Source: an uncultured Planctomycetota bacterium
Lineage (GTDB): Bacteria > Planctomycetota > Planctomycetia > Isosphaerales > Isosphaeraceae
Length of the DNA: 64,000 bases
NCBI GenBank assembly: GCA_963845755.1
Contig: CAWJTV010000003.1
Coordinates: 1 to 64,000, forward strand
Direction of reading: 5' to 3'
This document shows positions 20,957 to 32,225 of the stretch, piece after piece. The position numbers and the translations under genes were made by a program. Every line of letters begins with the position of its first letter. Position 1 is the stretch's first letter. The notes under the pieces were generated by a model, which was not told the origin of the DNA, made no database searches, and saw only the letters and a program-made list of their open reading frames with translations.

Positions 20957-22192
20957 TCACACCGGCCGCGACGGCACCCGGGTCCAGGCCTTCTTGAGCT
21001 GCAAGAACCGCCGCTCGTAACCGTAATACGAGGCCGCGGCCAGGCCGATCGTCAGGGCGAGGGTCGCGATCGCCAGCAGCTCCTCCTTGTTCGGGAACCA
21101 GCCGAGACGCGAGAGGTAGTGCTCCCGGACCCACAGCGCGATCTCGTGGTACATGTAGAGCCCGTAGCTGATCTTCCCCAACCAGACGATCCGGGGATAC
21201 GAGAGTGCGGCGCGGAGCCATCCGTTCCCCCAGATGGCGACGATCACGACTCCCAGCCCGCACAGCCAGACCCAGACGAAGTCCCAGGTCCGATGGAAGG
21301 TCGTGCCATGTCCCAGGTGGGGCCATTCCGCGGGGCCGGCGCAGCGGGTCATCACCCAGGCGATCGCCAGGTACAGCGGCCACTGGAGCCATCGCAGCCA
21401 TCGGGTCAAGGTCGGACGATTGCGGTCCCAGCCCATGACCAGGGCCAGCAGGACACCGCTCAACAACGTGTCGAACTGCGCGAACGTGTTGTACACGATC
21501 ATCATCTGCGACTGGTAGCGAACAGCACACCACCATCGCACACCGATCGAGCCGAAGATCAGGCCGACGACGATGGGGCGTCGGAACCGCGGGGCGATCA
21601 AGGCGATGAACAGCGGCACGATCAGGTAGAACTGCTCCTCGACGCAGACGCTCCAGAGCACGCTGAGCCAGTCGGCGGCGGGACGAATCAACGCCATCGA
21701 CCAGTTGCCCAGGAACGCCAGGAACGGGAGCAAGTGGATGCGCAGGGTCTCCCGATAGCCGGTCGTCCAGAGCTGTCCCTCGAGGCCGGGCAGCAGGAAG
21801 AACCCGATCACGACGACCAGGTAGTACAGCGGCCAGATGCGGAGGATCCGGCGGATCCAGAAGGCGCGGATCGCAATGCGACCATAGCGCGCCTCTTCGC
21901 GGAGCAACAGGGCCGTGATCAGGTAGCCGCTGAGGATGAAGAAGAGCTGGACGCCGTATCCGCCGTTGTCGCGGAACACGTCGGTGAGCGTCTTGCCGAC
22001 GAGCGGCCTGAGCACCGGCCAGGGCACGCCTCCGTGGAAGAGGAAAACCATCAGGAAGGCGACGAATCGCAGGCCGTCGAGCTCGGGGAAGTAGACGCGC
22101 TCGGCGGGCTCGGGGACCGCGGCCGTCTCGGCGGCCACGGGCGCCGCGGGCAATTCGGAAGACTGCACGAGGGTCGTTGCGGGTTCGTTCAT
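20957..22192 (-). CDS. Acyltransferase family 3 (OafA/YrhL-like)
   Basis: PELDGLRFVAF, GVQLFFILSGYLI, RRILRIWPLY, WSVCVEEQFY, LGKISYGLYMYH. Confidence 0.92.
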   Translation of the reverse strand: MNEPATTLVQSSELPAAPVAAETAAVPEPAERVYFPELDGLRFVAFLMVFLFHGGVPWPVLRPLVGKTLTDVFRDNGGYGVQLFFILSGYLITALLLREEARYGRIAIRAFWIRRILRIWPLYYLVVVIGFFLLPGLEGQLWTTGYRETLRIHLLPFLAFLGNWSMALIRPAADWLSVLWSVCVEEQFYLIVPLFIALIAPRFRRPIVVGLIFGSIGVRWWCAVRYQSQMMIVYNTFAQFDTLLSGVLLALVMGWDRNRPTLTRWLRWLQWPLYLAIAWVMTRCAGPAEWPHLGHGTTFHRTWDFVWVWLCGLGVVIVAIWGNGWLRAALSYPRIVWLGKISYGLYMYHEIALWVREHYLSRLGWFPNKEELLAIATLALTIGLAAASYYGYERRFLQLKKAWTRVPSRPV

Positions 22193-22237
22193 GGCGCGGC
22201 CTTGATGAGGAGACCTTCGATGGATTGCCCGGCCGGG

Positions 22238-22990
22238 TCAGGAGACTCGCGCCGAACGCCCTTTGGCGGCCCAGGTCATGATACGGTTGACCAGCCGCTC
22301 GGTCAGGTCGTCACCCGGCTCGAGAGTTTCCGGTTCCGCGCCGGGCCGGACCAGGTGGAGCGTATGCCGCCCCTGACGCAGGGTCTGGAGATCATTCGCC
22401 ACGGTCAGGTCGGCGCGGTTGATCCGGCAGGCGGCCTCGGCGCGGCGGATCAGCTCCTCGCGGGTGGCGCCGGAGAGCAGCTTGAAGCCGACGAGGTAGA
22501 CCGAGGGGGCCCAGTCGCGGACCGATCGGATCACCTTGGGCGTGGGCCGGCATCGCACGACCAGGGAGTCGGCGTCGGAGCTAACCTTCCCCGCGACCGG
22601 CTCCGGCTCGAAGTCGGAAACCGCCATCGCCAGGACCGCCGCGTCGATCGGCTGAGCGCCCAGGATCCTCCTCAAGGTCGCGGCGTAGTCGGAGACGGTG
22701 CCCTCCTTGAGCGGGACCAGGTGAAGGCGATCGCGCACGCCCAGCCAACGATCGCGGAGGCGCGCGAGCCGCTCCAGCTCCGCGGAGGGATCGGCCGTGT
22801 CCAGGGCGAAATGGGCCAAACGCTGGAGCGGAACCTGTGACGATGGAGCGTGGATGTGCCAGACCGACGCCCCACGATCCAGCAACGCCTCGCTGATCGA
22901 CGCCGCGAACCGGCCCGAGGAGATGTTGGCGATCAGCCGCACATCGTCGATGGGTGCGATCGTCCCGCCGCCGGTCACAACCACATTCAT
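22238..22990 (-). CDS. coaB: Phosphopantothenate--cysteine ligase (stand-alone CoaB domain)
   Basis: VVTGGGTIAPIDDVRLIANISSG, AMAVSDF, LVGFKL, VANDL. Confidence 0.82.
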   Translation of the reverse strand: MNVVVTGGGTIAPIDDVRLIANISSGRFAASISEALLDRGASVWHIHAPSSQVPLQRLAHFALDTADPSAELERLARLRDRWLGVRDRLHLVPLKEGTVSDYAATLRRILGAQPIDAAVLAMAVSDFEPEPVAGKVSSDADSLVVRCRPTPKVIRSVRDWAPSVYLVGFKLLSGATREELIRRAEAACRINRADLTVANDLQTLRQGRHTLHLVRPGAEPETLEPGDDLTERLVNRIMTWAAKGRSARVS

Positions 22991-23002
22991 CCTGGGTCCT
23001 CC

Positions 23003-23090
23003 AGGCAGTAGGCAGTAGGCAGTGGGCAGCAGGCAGATGTAAGGTTTATTCTGTTTTGACTGCCTACGGCCCACTGCCTACTGCCTACTG
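23003..23090. repeat. Inverted heptamer tandem repeats
   Basis: (ggcagta)n followed by (tactgcc)n around an AT-rich spacer. Confidence 0.85.
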
Positions 23091-23096
23091 AAACCG

Positions 23097-24403
23097 ATGA
23101 CTACCTCAGCAGACCGAACGGCCCGCGAACTCTTCGAAGAGATGGCGCGATGGCCGATCTTCGACCCACATACTCATATCGACCCGCATCGCCCGGCGGC
23201 GCGGCACTTCGATGAGGTTCTGGGATACCATTACTATACCGAGCTCGCCCACTCGGCGGGGATGCCGACCGATCGGGTCGCGCCGAGCTCGACCCGACGG
23301 TCCGGGCGATGAACCTGGCCGAATATCTGGACCGCATCGATTCCACGGTCCAGTATTCCTGGCTGCTGGAGATTGCCCGGACATTCCATCGCTTCCCGCA
23401 CGACCGGATCACGCCCCGGACGCTGGGCGAGCTGCTCGATCGTGCGGACCACCGGCAGGACGGCGAAGCCTGGGACCGGGAGGTCTGGGCGGCAAGCCGG
23501 CTGGATGCGGTGTTCCTGACCAACGAGTTCGACGATCCGCTGGAGGGTTGGGACACGTCGGCGTATATCCCGTGCCTGCGGACCGACGACCTGGTGCTGA
23601 AGCTGCACGAGCCGAGGACGATCGAGCGGCTGCGGGCAGCCTCGGGGGTTGACGTGCAGGATTACGCCGGGTTGCGAGCGGCGATCGGCCAGCGGTTCGA
23701 GGCGTTCGTCGGCAAGGGCGCGCGGGCCTGTGCCATCAGCCTGCCGCCGGATTTCGTCCCGCGGCGCGCCTCGCCCCGCCGCGCCGTGACGCCAATCCGC
23801 AAAGCCATTCATGGCATGGACCTCCGGCCCGACGAGCGCGAGGAGATCCGTTGTGCCGTCTTCTGGATGCTGGCCGAGTTCTGTGCCGAGTTCCGGCTCC
23901 CCTTCGACCTGATGATCGGCCCGGTGCGGAATGTCTATCCGGCGGGGGTCGCCGGGGGACGCGACCTGTTCGACCGCCGGGTGAGCCTCTACGACTACCG
24001 CGAGTTGTTCAATCACTTCGCCGGCGTGACCTTCCCCGTCTCGACCCTGGCACCCGACGCCGGCGCCGAGCTGGTCGCCTTTGCGTGGATCTTCCCCAAC
24101 GTCCTGCCGATGGGTCATTGGTGGTATTCGAATATACCGACGTTCATCGCACAGGACCTCCGGGCGCGGCTCCAAGCCTTGCCGAAGGTCAAGGTCCTGG
24201 GATACTATTCAGATGCGTACAAGCTGGAGTTCATCGCACCGAAGTTCAACATGTACCGCCGGGTATTGTCGGAAGTCCTGGCGGAGGACGCCATTCGGGG
24301 CCGGGGCTGGTCGGCCGAACAGGCACTGGAGGTGGCGCGACTCGTCCTGATCGACAATCCGAGGCGCGTTTTTGGCGGGGCGAGTTCGACGCCGGCGATT
24401 TGA
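23097..24403 (+). CDS. Uronate isomerase-like amidohydrolase, frameshift near 23290
   Basis: IFDPHTHI, LGYHYYTE, FLTNEFDD, GHWWY, YYSDAYKLEF. Confidence 0.78.
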
Positions 24404-24579
24404 CCCGGCCGCAATCGAGAGGCATGCTTGGCGTACGCGAGACGGTGAGAAGCGATCCGGGTTCGCCGTCCGGGAATGTCCAGTCGATCGGCCGTCGATT
24501 GTCTCGAGAACATCCCATCGGCATAACCGGCTCCCGAGCGCGAGATACGGGAGATCTTCCGTATAGGAGATCAGCCGCC

Positions 24580-26166
24580 ATGCGAAGCACACACGATCAC
24601 AGTCGGTCATCGGCGGCCCTGGCCCTGGGCCTGGCGCTGGGGGTGGGTTGCGCGGTTCAGGCCCAGGATATGTCGGGGTCTCCGGGCCTTTCCTCCGGTA
24701 CCGGTGCGGGCACGGGCGCCGGCGGGTTCGCGGGGGTGGTCCGCAGCCGGTCGAGCTCGATATCCGGTAACGCCCCGGAAAGTATCGGCGGCACGCGCGG
24801 AGGGCTGGACGCCCTGCGTTTCGGCCCGCGCACCGGCACGGTCGCGTTCGGACCCGGCGTGGATGTGCAGTTTCCCAATGACCCCTACCTGGTGCCGTTC
24901 CTGCTCCCCGAGGAGGTCGGCAACCCGCTCCAGGGTCAGGGCAAGGTCCCGACACACATCACCTCCGACCTGCTGGAGAACGCCCGTCGGATCTCCGACC
25001 CGGCCGAGCGGAGCCTGGCCCTGCGACAGATCGCCAACGGCGCAATCGCCAGCAATCAACTGGTCCTGGCCCACCATACGCTGGAGGAGTCGATCTCCGC
25101 CTCCTCTCACGTGAATGTCCCGCTGGTTCGCGACCAACGGCTGATTGGACTGGTCACCTCGATGACGGCCCTGACGGACGCCCTGCTGCGGGTTGCCCGC
25201 GAGAATCAGTCCGCGATGGCGGCCGATCAGGAGACGGAGGCCGCGGGACTCGATCCCTTGCCGAAACGCCAGGAGGACACGGTGTTGATCCGTCTGGCGC
25301 GGCTCGAGTGGCGGCGGGCGGTCTACCTGGCCGAGATCATCGGCAACCCGACGTACCGCAATGAGATGCTCTACCGCGTCGCGGAAAGCGAGGCCTTGGG
25401 CAGTTCGTCCATGGCCAAGGACTTCGGCCAGGGTGACATCGAATCGCTGGGGAATCGGTCGGCTTCCCCAGCGGCGCCTGCGCCGGGGACCCCGCCACCA
25501 CAACCGACTCCCGTGCCTCCGAGACCGGTTGCAACGGCTCCGCCGGCCACCGCGCCCCCACCCTCCAAGGCCAAGAGGCAGGCCGATTTCGACAAGCTGG
25601 CCGACGACGTCATGGTCGATGCCTGGCAGGTCGCCAACCGGATCGACCGGCTGATCTGGAAGAATCGGGCCATGGTGCGGATCACGCTGGCCGCCGCGGA
25701 TTCCCGCCAGTTCCATCGAGGTGTGGAGCAGGCCCGAACAATCCCGAACGCCGAGGCGCGGACCGAGGCCTTGCTCCTGATCGCCGACGCGCAATGTCAG
25801 GTCAACGACCAGAAAGACCTGGCAACCGCCACCTACCAATCGGCCGCCGAGGCGGCCGGCGCGATCACCCAGGAAGGTCTTCGCGGGGTCATGGTCGGGT
25901 TCCTGGTCGACAGCCTGATCGCATCGGGCCGATTCGATGACGCCCGGGCCTGCACCGTACTATATCCCGAGGAATCCGAGAGATTTGTCGCGCTGGGGGC
26001 CGTCGCCGAGTCGATGGGCAAGCGCGGCCTGGGCGTGGAAGCTCGGCAATGGATCGCGGCCGAGGCCCCCCCAGGCTACCGCTCGGCCTTGTACCGTCGC
26101 GTCGCCGCCGGCGTGCTCTATACCGTCGAGCAGTCGCGGAGCAAGGATATGCCCCTGGCCCGCTAG
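24580..26166 (+). CDS. Secreted helical-repeat hypothetical protein with Pro-rich linker
   Basis: AGGAG upstream of ATG; hydrophobic signal ending AVQA; Ala/Leu/Arg-rich helices. Confidence 0.7.
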   Translation: MRSTHDHSRSSAALALGLALGVGCAVQAQDMSGSPGLSSGTGAGTGAGGFAGVVRSRSSSISGNAPESIGGTRGGLDALRFGPRTGTVAFGPGVDVQFPNDPYLVPFLLPEEVGNPLQGQGKVPTHITSDLLENARRISDPAERSLALRQIANGAIASNQLVLAHHTLEESISASSHVNVPLVRDQRLIGLVTSMTALTDALLRVARENQSAMAADQETEAAGLDPLPKRQEDTVLIRLARLEWRRAVYLAEIIGNPTYRNEMLYRVAESEALGSSSMAKDFGQGDIESLGNRSASPAAPAPGTPPPQPTPVPPRPVATAPPATAPPPSKAKRQADFDKLADDVMVDAWQVANRIDRLIWKNRAMVRITLAAADSRQFHRGVEQARTIPNAEARTEALLLIADAQCQVNDQKDLATATYQSAAEAAGAITQEGLRGVMVGFLVDSLIASGRFDDARACTVLYPEESERFVALGAVAESMGKRGLGVEARQWIAAEAPPGYRSALYRRVAAGVLYTVEQSRSKDMPLAR

Positions 26167-26226
26167 GGCGCATAACAGGTGGGTTCCGCATACTCTGTCA
26201 GCCGATGTTCTGCGGCCCTTCGGGCC
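26164..26226. repeat. Partial copy of the TAGAGCG-type shell end
   Basis: tagggcgcataacaggtgggttccgcatac..gcggcccttcgggcc aligns with the reverse complement of 46440-46502; its TAG is the upstream gene's stop codon. Confidence 0.7.
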
Positions 26227-26282
26227 GTCGTTCAACGATGCAATCGTTACGCGCCCGTTGATCGCGCGGGCCCTTGGTTCGC

Positions 26283-27062
26283 TCACGGTCGGGGGAAGAA
26301 CGCGCCGTAACGAGTCTTGACGTCCCGGATGCCGGCGTGCACGACGTGGAGGTCGGCGGCGATGACGAACAACCGGCAGCCGAGGTTCTTCATTCGGACT
26401 GCGTAATCGGGCCCGCGTGAGAAGACCCCCCAGGGTTTCCCGGCCGCGGCGCAGGCGCGGGCGATCGATTCGATGGCCTCGAGGCAGCGGGGGTTCTCGA
26501 AATCGCCGGTCACGCCCAGGACCTGGCTCAAGTCGGAGGGGCCGACGAACAGGAGGTTGACGTCGGGAATGGCGGCGATCTCGCCGGCCGCCGCGAGTGC
26601 GCCGGCGGTCTCGATCTGGACGCCGACGAACGTCTCGGCGTTGGCCCGGGCCGTGTATTCGGCCAGGGGGATCAGCCCGAACCGGCCGTCGCGGTTCCCG
26701 CCGTTGAGTCCGCGTTCGCCCCGCGGCCAGAACTTGGCCCAGCGCACGGCCTGCTCGACCTCCGCGGCCGATCGGACCATGCTGATCATCACCCCCCCTG
26801 CCCCAGCCTCGAGCGGGCGCATCACGGCGGCGTAGTCGGTCGCGGGCAGGCGGACGAAATGGTCCATGCCGTAGCTGCGGGCTGCCATGGTCGCTAGCTC
26901 GATCTCCCTCATGGTGAGTCCGGCATGCTCCTGGTCCAGCCAGAGCGCGTCGAATTCCCCGTGTTCGCCGAGGATTTCGATGAATTTCGGGCTCAGCAAC
27001 TGGCCGCAACCGAAAACCCGGACCACTTTCCCCTCGGCGAGCATCGTTTTGATTCGTGGCAT
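26283..27062 (-). CDS. HpcH/HpaI aldolase family protein
   Basis: LWLDQEH, FWPRGERG, VQIET, LFVGPSDLS. Confidence 0.9.
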   Translation of the reverse strand: MPRIKTMLAEGKVVRVFGCGQLLSPKFIEILGEHGEFDALWLDQEHAGLTMREIELATMAARSYGMDHFVRLPATDYAAVMRPLEAGAGGVMISMVRSAAEVEQAVRWAKFWPRGERGLNGGNRDGRFGLIPLAEYTARANAETFVGVQIETAGALAAAGEIAAIPDVNLLFVGPSDLSQVLGVTGDFENPRCLEAIESIARACAAAGKPWGVFSRGPDYAVRMKNLGCRLFVIAADLHVVHAGIRDVKTRYGAFFPRP

Positions 27063-27233
27063 CCGTTGACTTCCCTCTCCCTGGCCAATCTTGGAGAATA
27101 AGACCGGGCTGGGGTCGCCCTGGACCCGCCGCCGCGCCGGGCTCTCGCTGCTCGCGATAGAAGAGCAGGCTAACCTGCCGGACGCCTCGAACCAAGAGGT
27201 CTGTCGCCCTCCGCCTTGATCGGGAGGGGCGTT

Positions 27234-27316
27234 GGAAGGATGAAGGCTGAGTCAACACCGGCTTTCAGTCGGCCTTCAGCCCTCCGACTTCAGCCTTGAT
27301 TCCGCCTTCCGCCTTT
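27234..27316. repeat. Degenerate inverted heptamer repeats
   Basis: gaaggatgaaggctga followed by ccttcag / ccttccg units. Confidence 0.6.
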
Positions 27317-27380
27317 CCAAGGGCAACTTCCCCGACAAGGGGGGAAGGAAAGCGACGCATCGCGCCCCAAGGAGCCTTCG

Positions 27381-28360
27381 ATGCCTGATCGTTTCCACGT
27401 GCTGATCGCCGACTTCCTGGATGAGATCTCGATCGAGTCGGCCGTCCTGGGCGACATCGCCGACCTGGTGATGGCCCGAGCCAGCGACGAGTCGGAGTTG
27501 ACCGGCTACCTGCCGCGAGCCAATGCGATCATGGTGTTCCACGACCTCTCCATCCTGGGCGAGCCGAGCTTCGCCCGGGCGTCGCGATGTCGCGGCGTCG
27601 TCCGGGCGGGCGTGGGATATAACAATATCGACCTCGCGGCCGCGACGCGCCACGGGGTCGTCGTCTGTAACGTGCCGGACTATGGTTCGGAGGAAGTGGC
27701 CGACCACGCGATCATGTTCCTGCTGGCCCTGGCGCGCGGCTGGTCCCGTCGCACCAGGCGATCCGGGGGGGGACGTGGGACTATCGATCGGCACTGGGCA
27801 CGCCCCGCCTGCGCGGCAAGACGTTCGGCATCATCGGTTGCGGACGGATCGGCACGGCGACGGCCCTCCGCGCCAGGGCCCTGGGGCTCGACGTCGTCTT
27901 CTACGACCCGTATCTCCGCCAGGGGATGGACAAGGCTCTCGGCATCCGTCGCATCTATCATCTCGACGAACTGCTCGAGCAGAGCGATTTCGTCAGCCTG
28001 CATTGCTACCTCGATGCTTCGAATTGCCACCTGATCAACGCGCGAACGATCGCCCGCATGCGGCCGGGGGCGCTGCTGATCAACACGGCGCGCGGGCCGC
28101 TCATCGACGAGGATGCCCTGCTCGATGCCCTCGACTCGGGCCACATCGCCGCCGCCGGCCTGGACGTCGTCGAGCGCGAGCCGCTCGACAACGAGCGACT
28201 CCGCCAGCATCCGAATGTCCTGTTCACGCCCCACACGGCGTTCTACAGCGTCGAAGGCTACGACGAGCTGCGGACCAAGACCGCCGAGGAGGTCCGCCGC
28301 ATCCTGCTGGGCGAGCCGCCGCGAAACCCGGTGAATGTCATCCCCGATCCGCTGGGATGA
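27381..28360 (+). CDS. D-isomer-specific 2-hydroxyacid dehydrogenase (CtBP-like), frameshifted
   Basis: RAGVGYNNID, NVPDYGSEEVADH, GIIGCGRIG, INTARG, AGLDV, TPHTAF. Confidence 0.88.
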
Positions 28361-28569
28361 GCCCGGGGAGTGCATGCGTCAGCGTCGGGGTATGGCAGGG
28401 CGGCGGAGAGCCGAGGGCAGGTCTGCCGGGTGAAGGGTCATCGGGCGGTGCCCATACCCCCCAAGGCGCCGGAGGCCGTGGTCCGGGCCGACCATCTGGA
28501 ATCGGGCGCGACGTTGCATGAGAATGGCCGGGAAATCCGCACTTGCGCACCTCGCACGGAGATGACGTC

Positions 28570-30288
28570 ATGAAGACCCGACGATTCTCGACGACCGCAG
28601 CATCGATTGCCATCGGTGCCTTGTTCGGGTGGTTGGCGGCTAATTGCCGCCTGGGACCCTATCCAGCAGGCCGAGGCAGCCCCGTCGATCTCCCAATCGG
28701 AGGTGCGATCGGCGGTCGTCTCCGACGAGGCGGAGAAGCCGGGAGGGTGCTCCCAGGAGTTATCCAACGTCCGGTTACTGGCGATGGCGGCGCCGAGCGC
28801 ACCGCGAGTACCCAGGAGGATCGGTCGGGCAAGAAGCCGAACATCCTGATGATCATGGCCGACGACATCGGGTGGTTCAACCCGAGTTGCTACCACCAGG
28901 GGATGATGGGCTACCAGACCCCGAATATCGACCGGATCGCCCACGAGGGCGCGCGGTTCACCGACTGGTACGGACAGCAAAGTTGCACCGCGGGCCGGGC
29001 CGCATTCATCACCGGCCAGTCGCCGATCCGCACCGGGCTGACCAAGGTCGGGGTGCCGGGGGCGGACATCGGCCTTCGGCCCGAGGACCCGACCGTCGCG
29101 GAATTCCTGAAGAACCTCGGCTATGCCACCGGACAGTTCGGGAAGAACCACCTGGGCGACAAGGACGAGTTCCTGCCGACCAATCATGGTTTCGACGAGT
29201 TCTTCGGCAATCTCTACCACCTCAATGCCGAGGAAGAACCGGAGAACCCCGACTATCCCAAGGACCCGGAGTTCAAGAAGCGGTTCGGACCTCGAGGCGT
29301 GCTCAAGTGTACGAGCGATGGTAAGATCACCGATACCGGCCCGCTCAGCCGCAAGCGGATGGAGACGATCGACGAGGAGACCCTCGCTGCATCGCTCGAC
29401 TTCATCGACCGCCAGCACAAGGCCGGCAAGCCGTTCTTCTGCTACTTCAACAGCACCCGCATGCACGTCTTCACGCACCTCAAGAAAGAGTCGGCGGGCA
29501 AGACGGGCCTCGGCCTTTACCCGGACGGGATGGTCGAACACGACGGGCATGTCGGCCAACTGCTCAAGAAGCTCGAAGACCTCGGCATCGCGGACAACAC
29601 CATCGTCGTCTACACGACGGACAATGGTGCCGAGGTGATGAGCTGGCCGGACGGCGGAACCACCCCGTTCCGGGGCGAGAAGGCCACGAACTGGGAAGGC
29701 GGGTACCGCGTGCCGATGTGCATTCGGTGGCCCGGCATTATCAAACCCGGCACGATCATCAACGACGTCTGTGCCCACGAGGACCTGATCCCGACGTTCG
29801 CGGCGGCCGCGGGCGAGCCGGACCTGGTGGAGAAGGTCAAGAAGGGTTACCAGGCCGGGGGCAAGACCTTCAAGGTCCACCTCGACGGCCACAACCTGAT
29901 CCCCTTCTTCAAGGGCGAGGTGAAGGAATCGCCGCGGAAGGACTTCGTGTACTGGAACGACGACGGCCAGTTGGTCGGCATCCGCGTGGGGTTCTGGAAG
30001 ATCGTCTTCTACGAGCAGCGGGCGACGGGGCTGGGGGTGTGGCGCGAGCCGTTCGTGGAACTCCGCCTTCCGAAGTTGTTCCACCTCCGGGCCGACCCGT
30101 TCGAGAAGGGCGACCAGTCTTTTGATTACGATTCGTGGTTCGTGGAACGTGCCTTCAACCTGATGGTCGGTCAGGCGGTCGCCACCCGCTGGCTCTCCAG
30201 CTTCAAGGAGTTCCCGCCCCGGCAGAAGCCCGCGAGCTTCAACCTCGACCGGGTGATGGAGAAGCTCACAGAGGGTGGAAAGAAGTAA
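28570..30288 (+). CDS. Arylsulfatase (Cys-type), indels in the N-terminal region
   Basis: PNILMIMADDIG, SCTAGRAAFITG (CxAxR), FGKNHLG, TTDNG, GEKATNWEGG. Confidence 0.92.
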   Translation: MKTRRFSTTAASIAIGALFGWLAANCRLGPYPAGRGSPVDLPIGGAIGGRLRRGGEAGRVLPGVIQRPVTGDGGAERTASTQEDRSGKKPNILMIMADDIGWFNPSCYHQGMMGYQTPNIDRIAHEGARFTDWYGQQSCTAGRAAFITGQSPIRTGLTKVGVPGADIGLRPEDPTVAEFLKNLGYATGQFGKNHLGDKDEFLPTNHGFDEFFGNLYHLNAEEEPENPDYPKDPEFKKRFGPRGVLKCTSDGKITDTGPLSRKRMETIDEETLAASLDFIDRQHKAGKPFFCYFNSTRMHVFTHLKKESAGKTGLGLYPDGMVEHDGHVGQLLKKLEDLGIADNTIVVYTTDNGAEVMSWPDGGTTPFRGEKATNWEGGYRVPMCIRWPGIIKPGTIINDVCAHEDLIPTFAAAAGEPDLVEKVKKGYQAGGKTFKVHLDGHNLIPFFKGEVKESPRKDFVYWNDDGQLVGIRVGFWKIVFYEQRATGLGVWREPFVELRLPKLFHLRADPFEKGDQSFDYDSWFVERAFNLMVGQAVATRWLSSFKEFPPRQKPASFNLDRVMEKLTEGGKK

Positions 30289-30308
30289 CCTGGAAGAAAT
30301 AAACTTTC

Positions 30309-31281
30309 ATGTCCGCACGCGATTCGTTGTTAGAGTTGAGGGAGCGCATGGGCGAGTCGATCATCGGCCAGCAAGCCGTGATCGACCGCCTGCTCATGGC
30401 GACTTCTGGCCGACGGGCACGTCCTGATGGAAGGGTTGCCCGGCCTCGCCAAGACGCGAACCATCAAGACGCTGGCGAAGAACCTCGATTCCGAATTCCG
30501 GCGCATCCAGTTCACCCCCGACCTGCTCCCGGCCGACGTGACCGGCTCGGAGGTCTACTACGACGAGGGCGGGAAGGGGTCGTTCCGGTTCCAGGCCGGC
30601 CCGATCTTCGGCAACCTGGTCCTGGCCGACGAGATCAACCGCGCACCCGCGAAGGCCCAGGCCGCGCTCCTCGAAGCCATGGAAGAGCGGCAGGTGACGG
30701 TGTCCGGCACCACGCACCCGCTGCCGTCGCTCTTCCTGGTGATGGCGACGCAGAACCCCATCGAGCAAGAGGGGACATACCCCCTGCCCGAGGCGCAAAC
30801 CGACCGCTTCTTGATGAAGGTGCTGCTCGGGTACGGCAGCGATTCGGAGGAGGTTCAGGTTCTACGGCTCGTCCGCGGAGAGGAGAATGCGACCGTCGCG
30901 AAGGCAGAGGAGCGGAAGAGGCTATCTCAGCAGGCGATCCTCGACGCTCGCGGCGAAGTGCACAGCGTGTTCGTGTCCGACGCGCTGGAGAAGTACTTCG
31001 TCGCGGTGATCGCGGCGACGCGGCGACCGGGCGACTTCTCACCGGACCTGAAGACGTGGATTCAGATCGGTGCCAGCCCGCGCGGGACGCTCGCGCTGGA
31101 CCGCTGCTCGCGGGCGCACGCGTGGCTCCAGGGTCGCGATCACGTCACGCCGGACGACGTGCGGGGCATCGCCCCGGACTGCCTGCGACACCGGCTGATC
31201 CTGACATACGAGGCCGCCGCGGACGGGATCACGCCGGACCAGGTCGTCGCCGAAATCCTCAAGAAGGTGGCCGTGCCGTGA
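30309..31281 (+). CDS. MoxR family AAA+ ATPase, frameshift near 30395
   Basis: EGLPGLAKT, RIQFTPDLLPAD, LADEINRA, ATQNPIEQEGTYPLPEAQ. Confidence 0.92.
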
Positions 31282-32225
31282 ACGCGATCCCTCCCGACGC
31301 GCGGGTGTACGTCACCCTGGAGCAGCTCGCCGCACTCCGCCACAAGGCGCGCGGCTTCAGCCTCTTGCCGCGTCAGCCGTTGACGAGCCTCCTCGCGGGG
31401 GGGCATGCGTCGAAACTCCGCGGGCGCGGGCTGGACTTCGAGGAGATCCGAAGGTACCTCCCCGGCGACGACCCGCGGACGATCGACTGGAAGGTGACCG
31501 CCCGGACGCGAATACCGCACAGCCGCGTCTTCACCGAGGAGCGCGAACGACCGGTGCTGCTGCTGGTCGATCAGCGGATCAGGATGTTCTTCGGCAGCGT
31601 GCTGATGATGAAGTCGGTGGCCGCGGCGGAGGCGGCGGCGCTCGCGGCGTGGCGCACCGTCGCGGTGAAGGATCGCATCGGAGCCATCGTGTTCAACGAC
31701 GCGGAGGCCACGGAGATCCGACCACAGCGAACGCGTTCCACCGTGATGCGAATCCTGCGAACGATCGAGACGCAGAACCGGGCGCTGCGCGTCGATTCGC
31801 CGACGCAATCGAATCCGGTGATGCTGAACGAGGTCCTCCGGCGCGCGTCTCGCCTGGCGACTCACGACTTCCTCGTCGTGTTGATCTCCGACGCGTCAGG
31901 GGCCGACGCCGAGACGCAGCAGTGGCTCACGACGATCGCCCGGCACAACGACGTGTTGATTTCGTTCGTGCTCGACCCGCTCGAGACCGACCTCCCGGAC
32001 GCGGGCAACCTCGTGGTCTCCGACGGAGAGCGGCAGATGGAGGTGGACACGGGGAGTGCGTCGTTGCGGGGCCGGTTCCGCACGGAGTTCGACGATCGCT
32101 TCGCGGCGGCGAAGCGGTTCCTGCTCACGCGCGAAGTGCCCGTGCTGCCGCTCCGCACCGACACCGATGTGGCCGATCAGATCCTGCACGCCCTCGGCGT
32201 CCGCTCGGGAGCCGGCCATGCCTGA
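31278..32225 (+). CDS. DUF58 domain protein
   Basis: RGRGLDFEEIRRYLPGDDPRTIDWKVTAR; start overlaps moxR stop. Confidence 0.9.
   Translation: MNAIPPDARVYVTLEQLAALRHKARGFSLLPRQPLTSLLAGGHASKLRGRGLDFEEIRRYLPGDDPRTIDWKVTARTRIPHSRVFTEERERPVLLLVDQRIRMFFGSVLMMKSVAAAEAAALAAWRTVAVKDRIGAIVFNDAEATEIRPQRTRSTVMRILRTIETQNRALRVDSPTQSNPVMLNEVLRRASRLATHDFLVVLISDASGADAETQQWLTTIARHNDVLISFVLDPLETDLPDAGNLVVSDGERQMEVDTGSASLRGRFRTEFDDRFAAAKRFLLTREVPVLPLRTDTDVADQILHALGVRSGAGHA

Noticed and set aside
30309..32225. 638-aa MoxR-DUF58 fusion
   Set aside because: Artefact of a frameshift near 30395; moxR and DUF58 are separate overlapping genes
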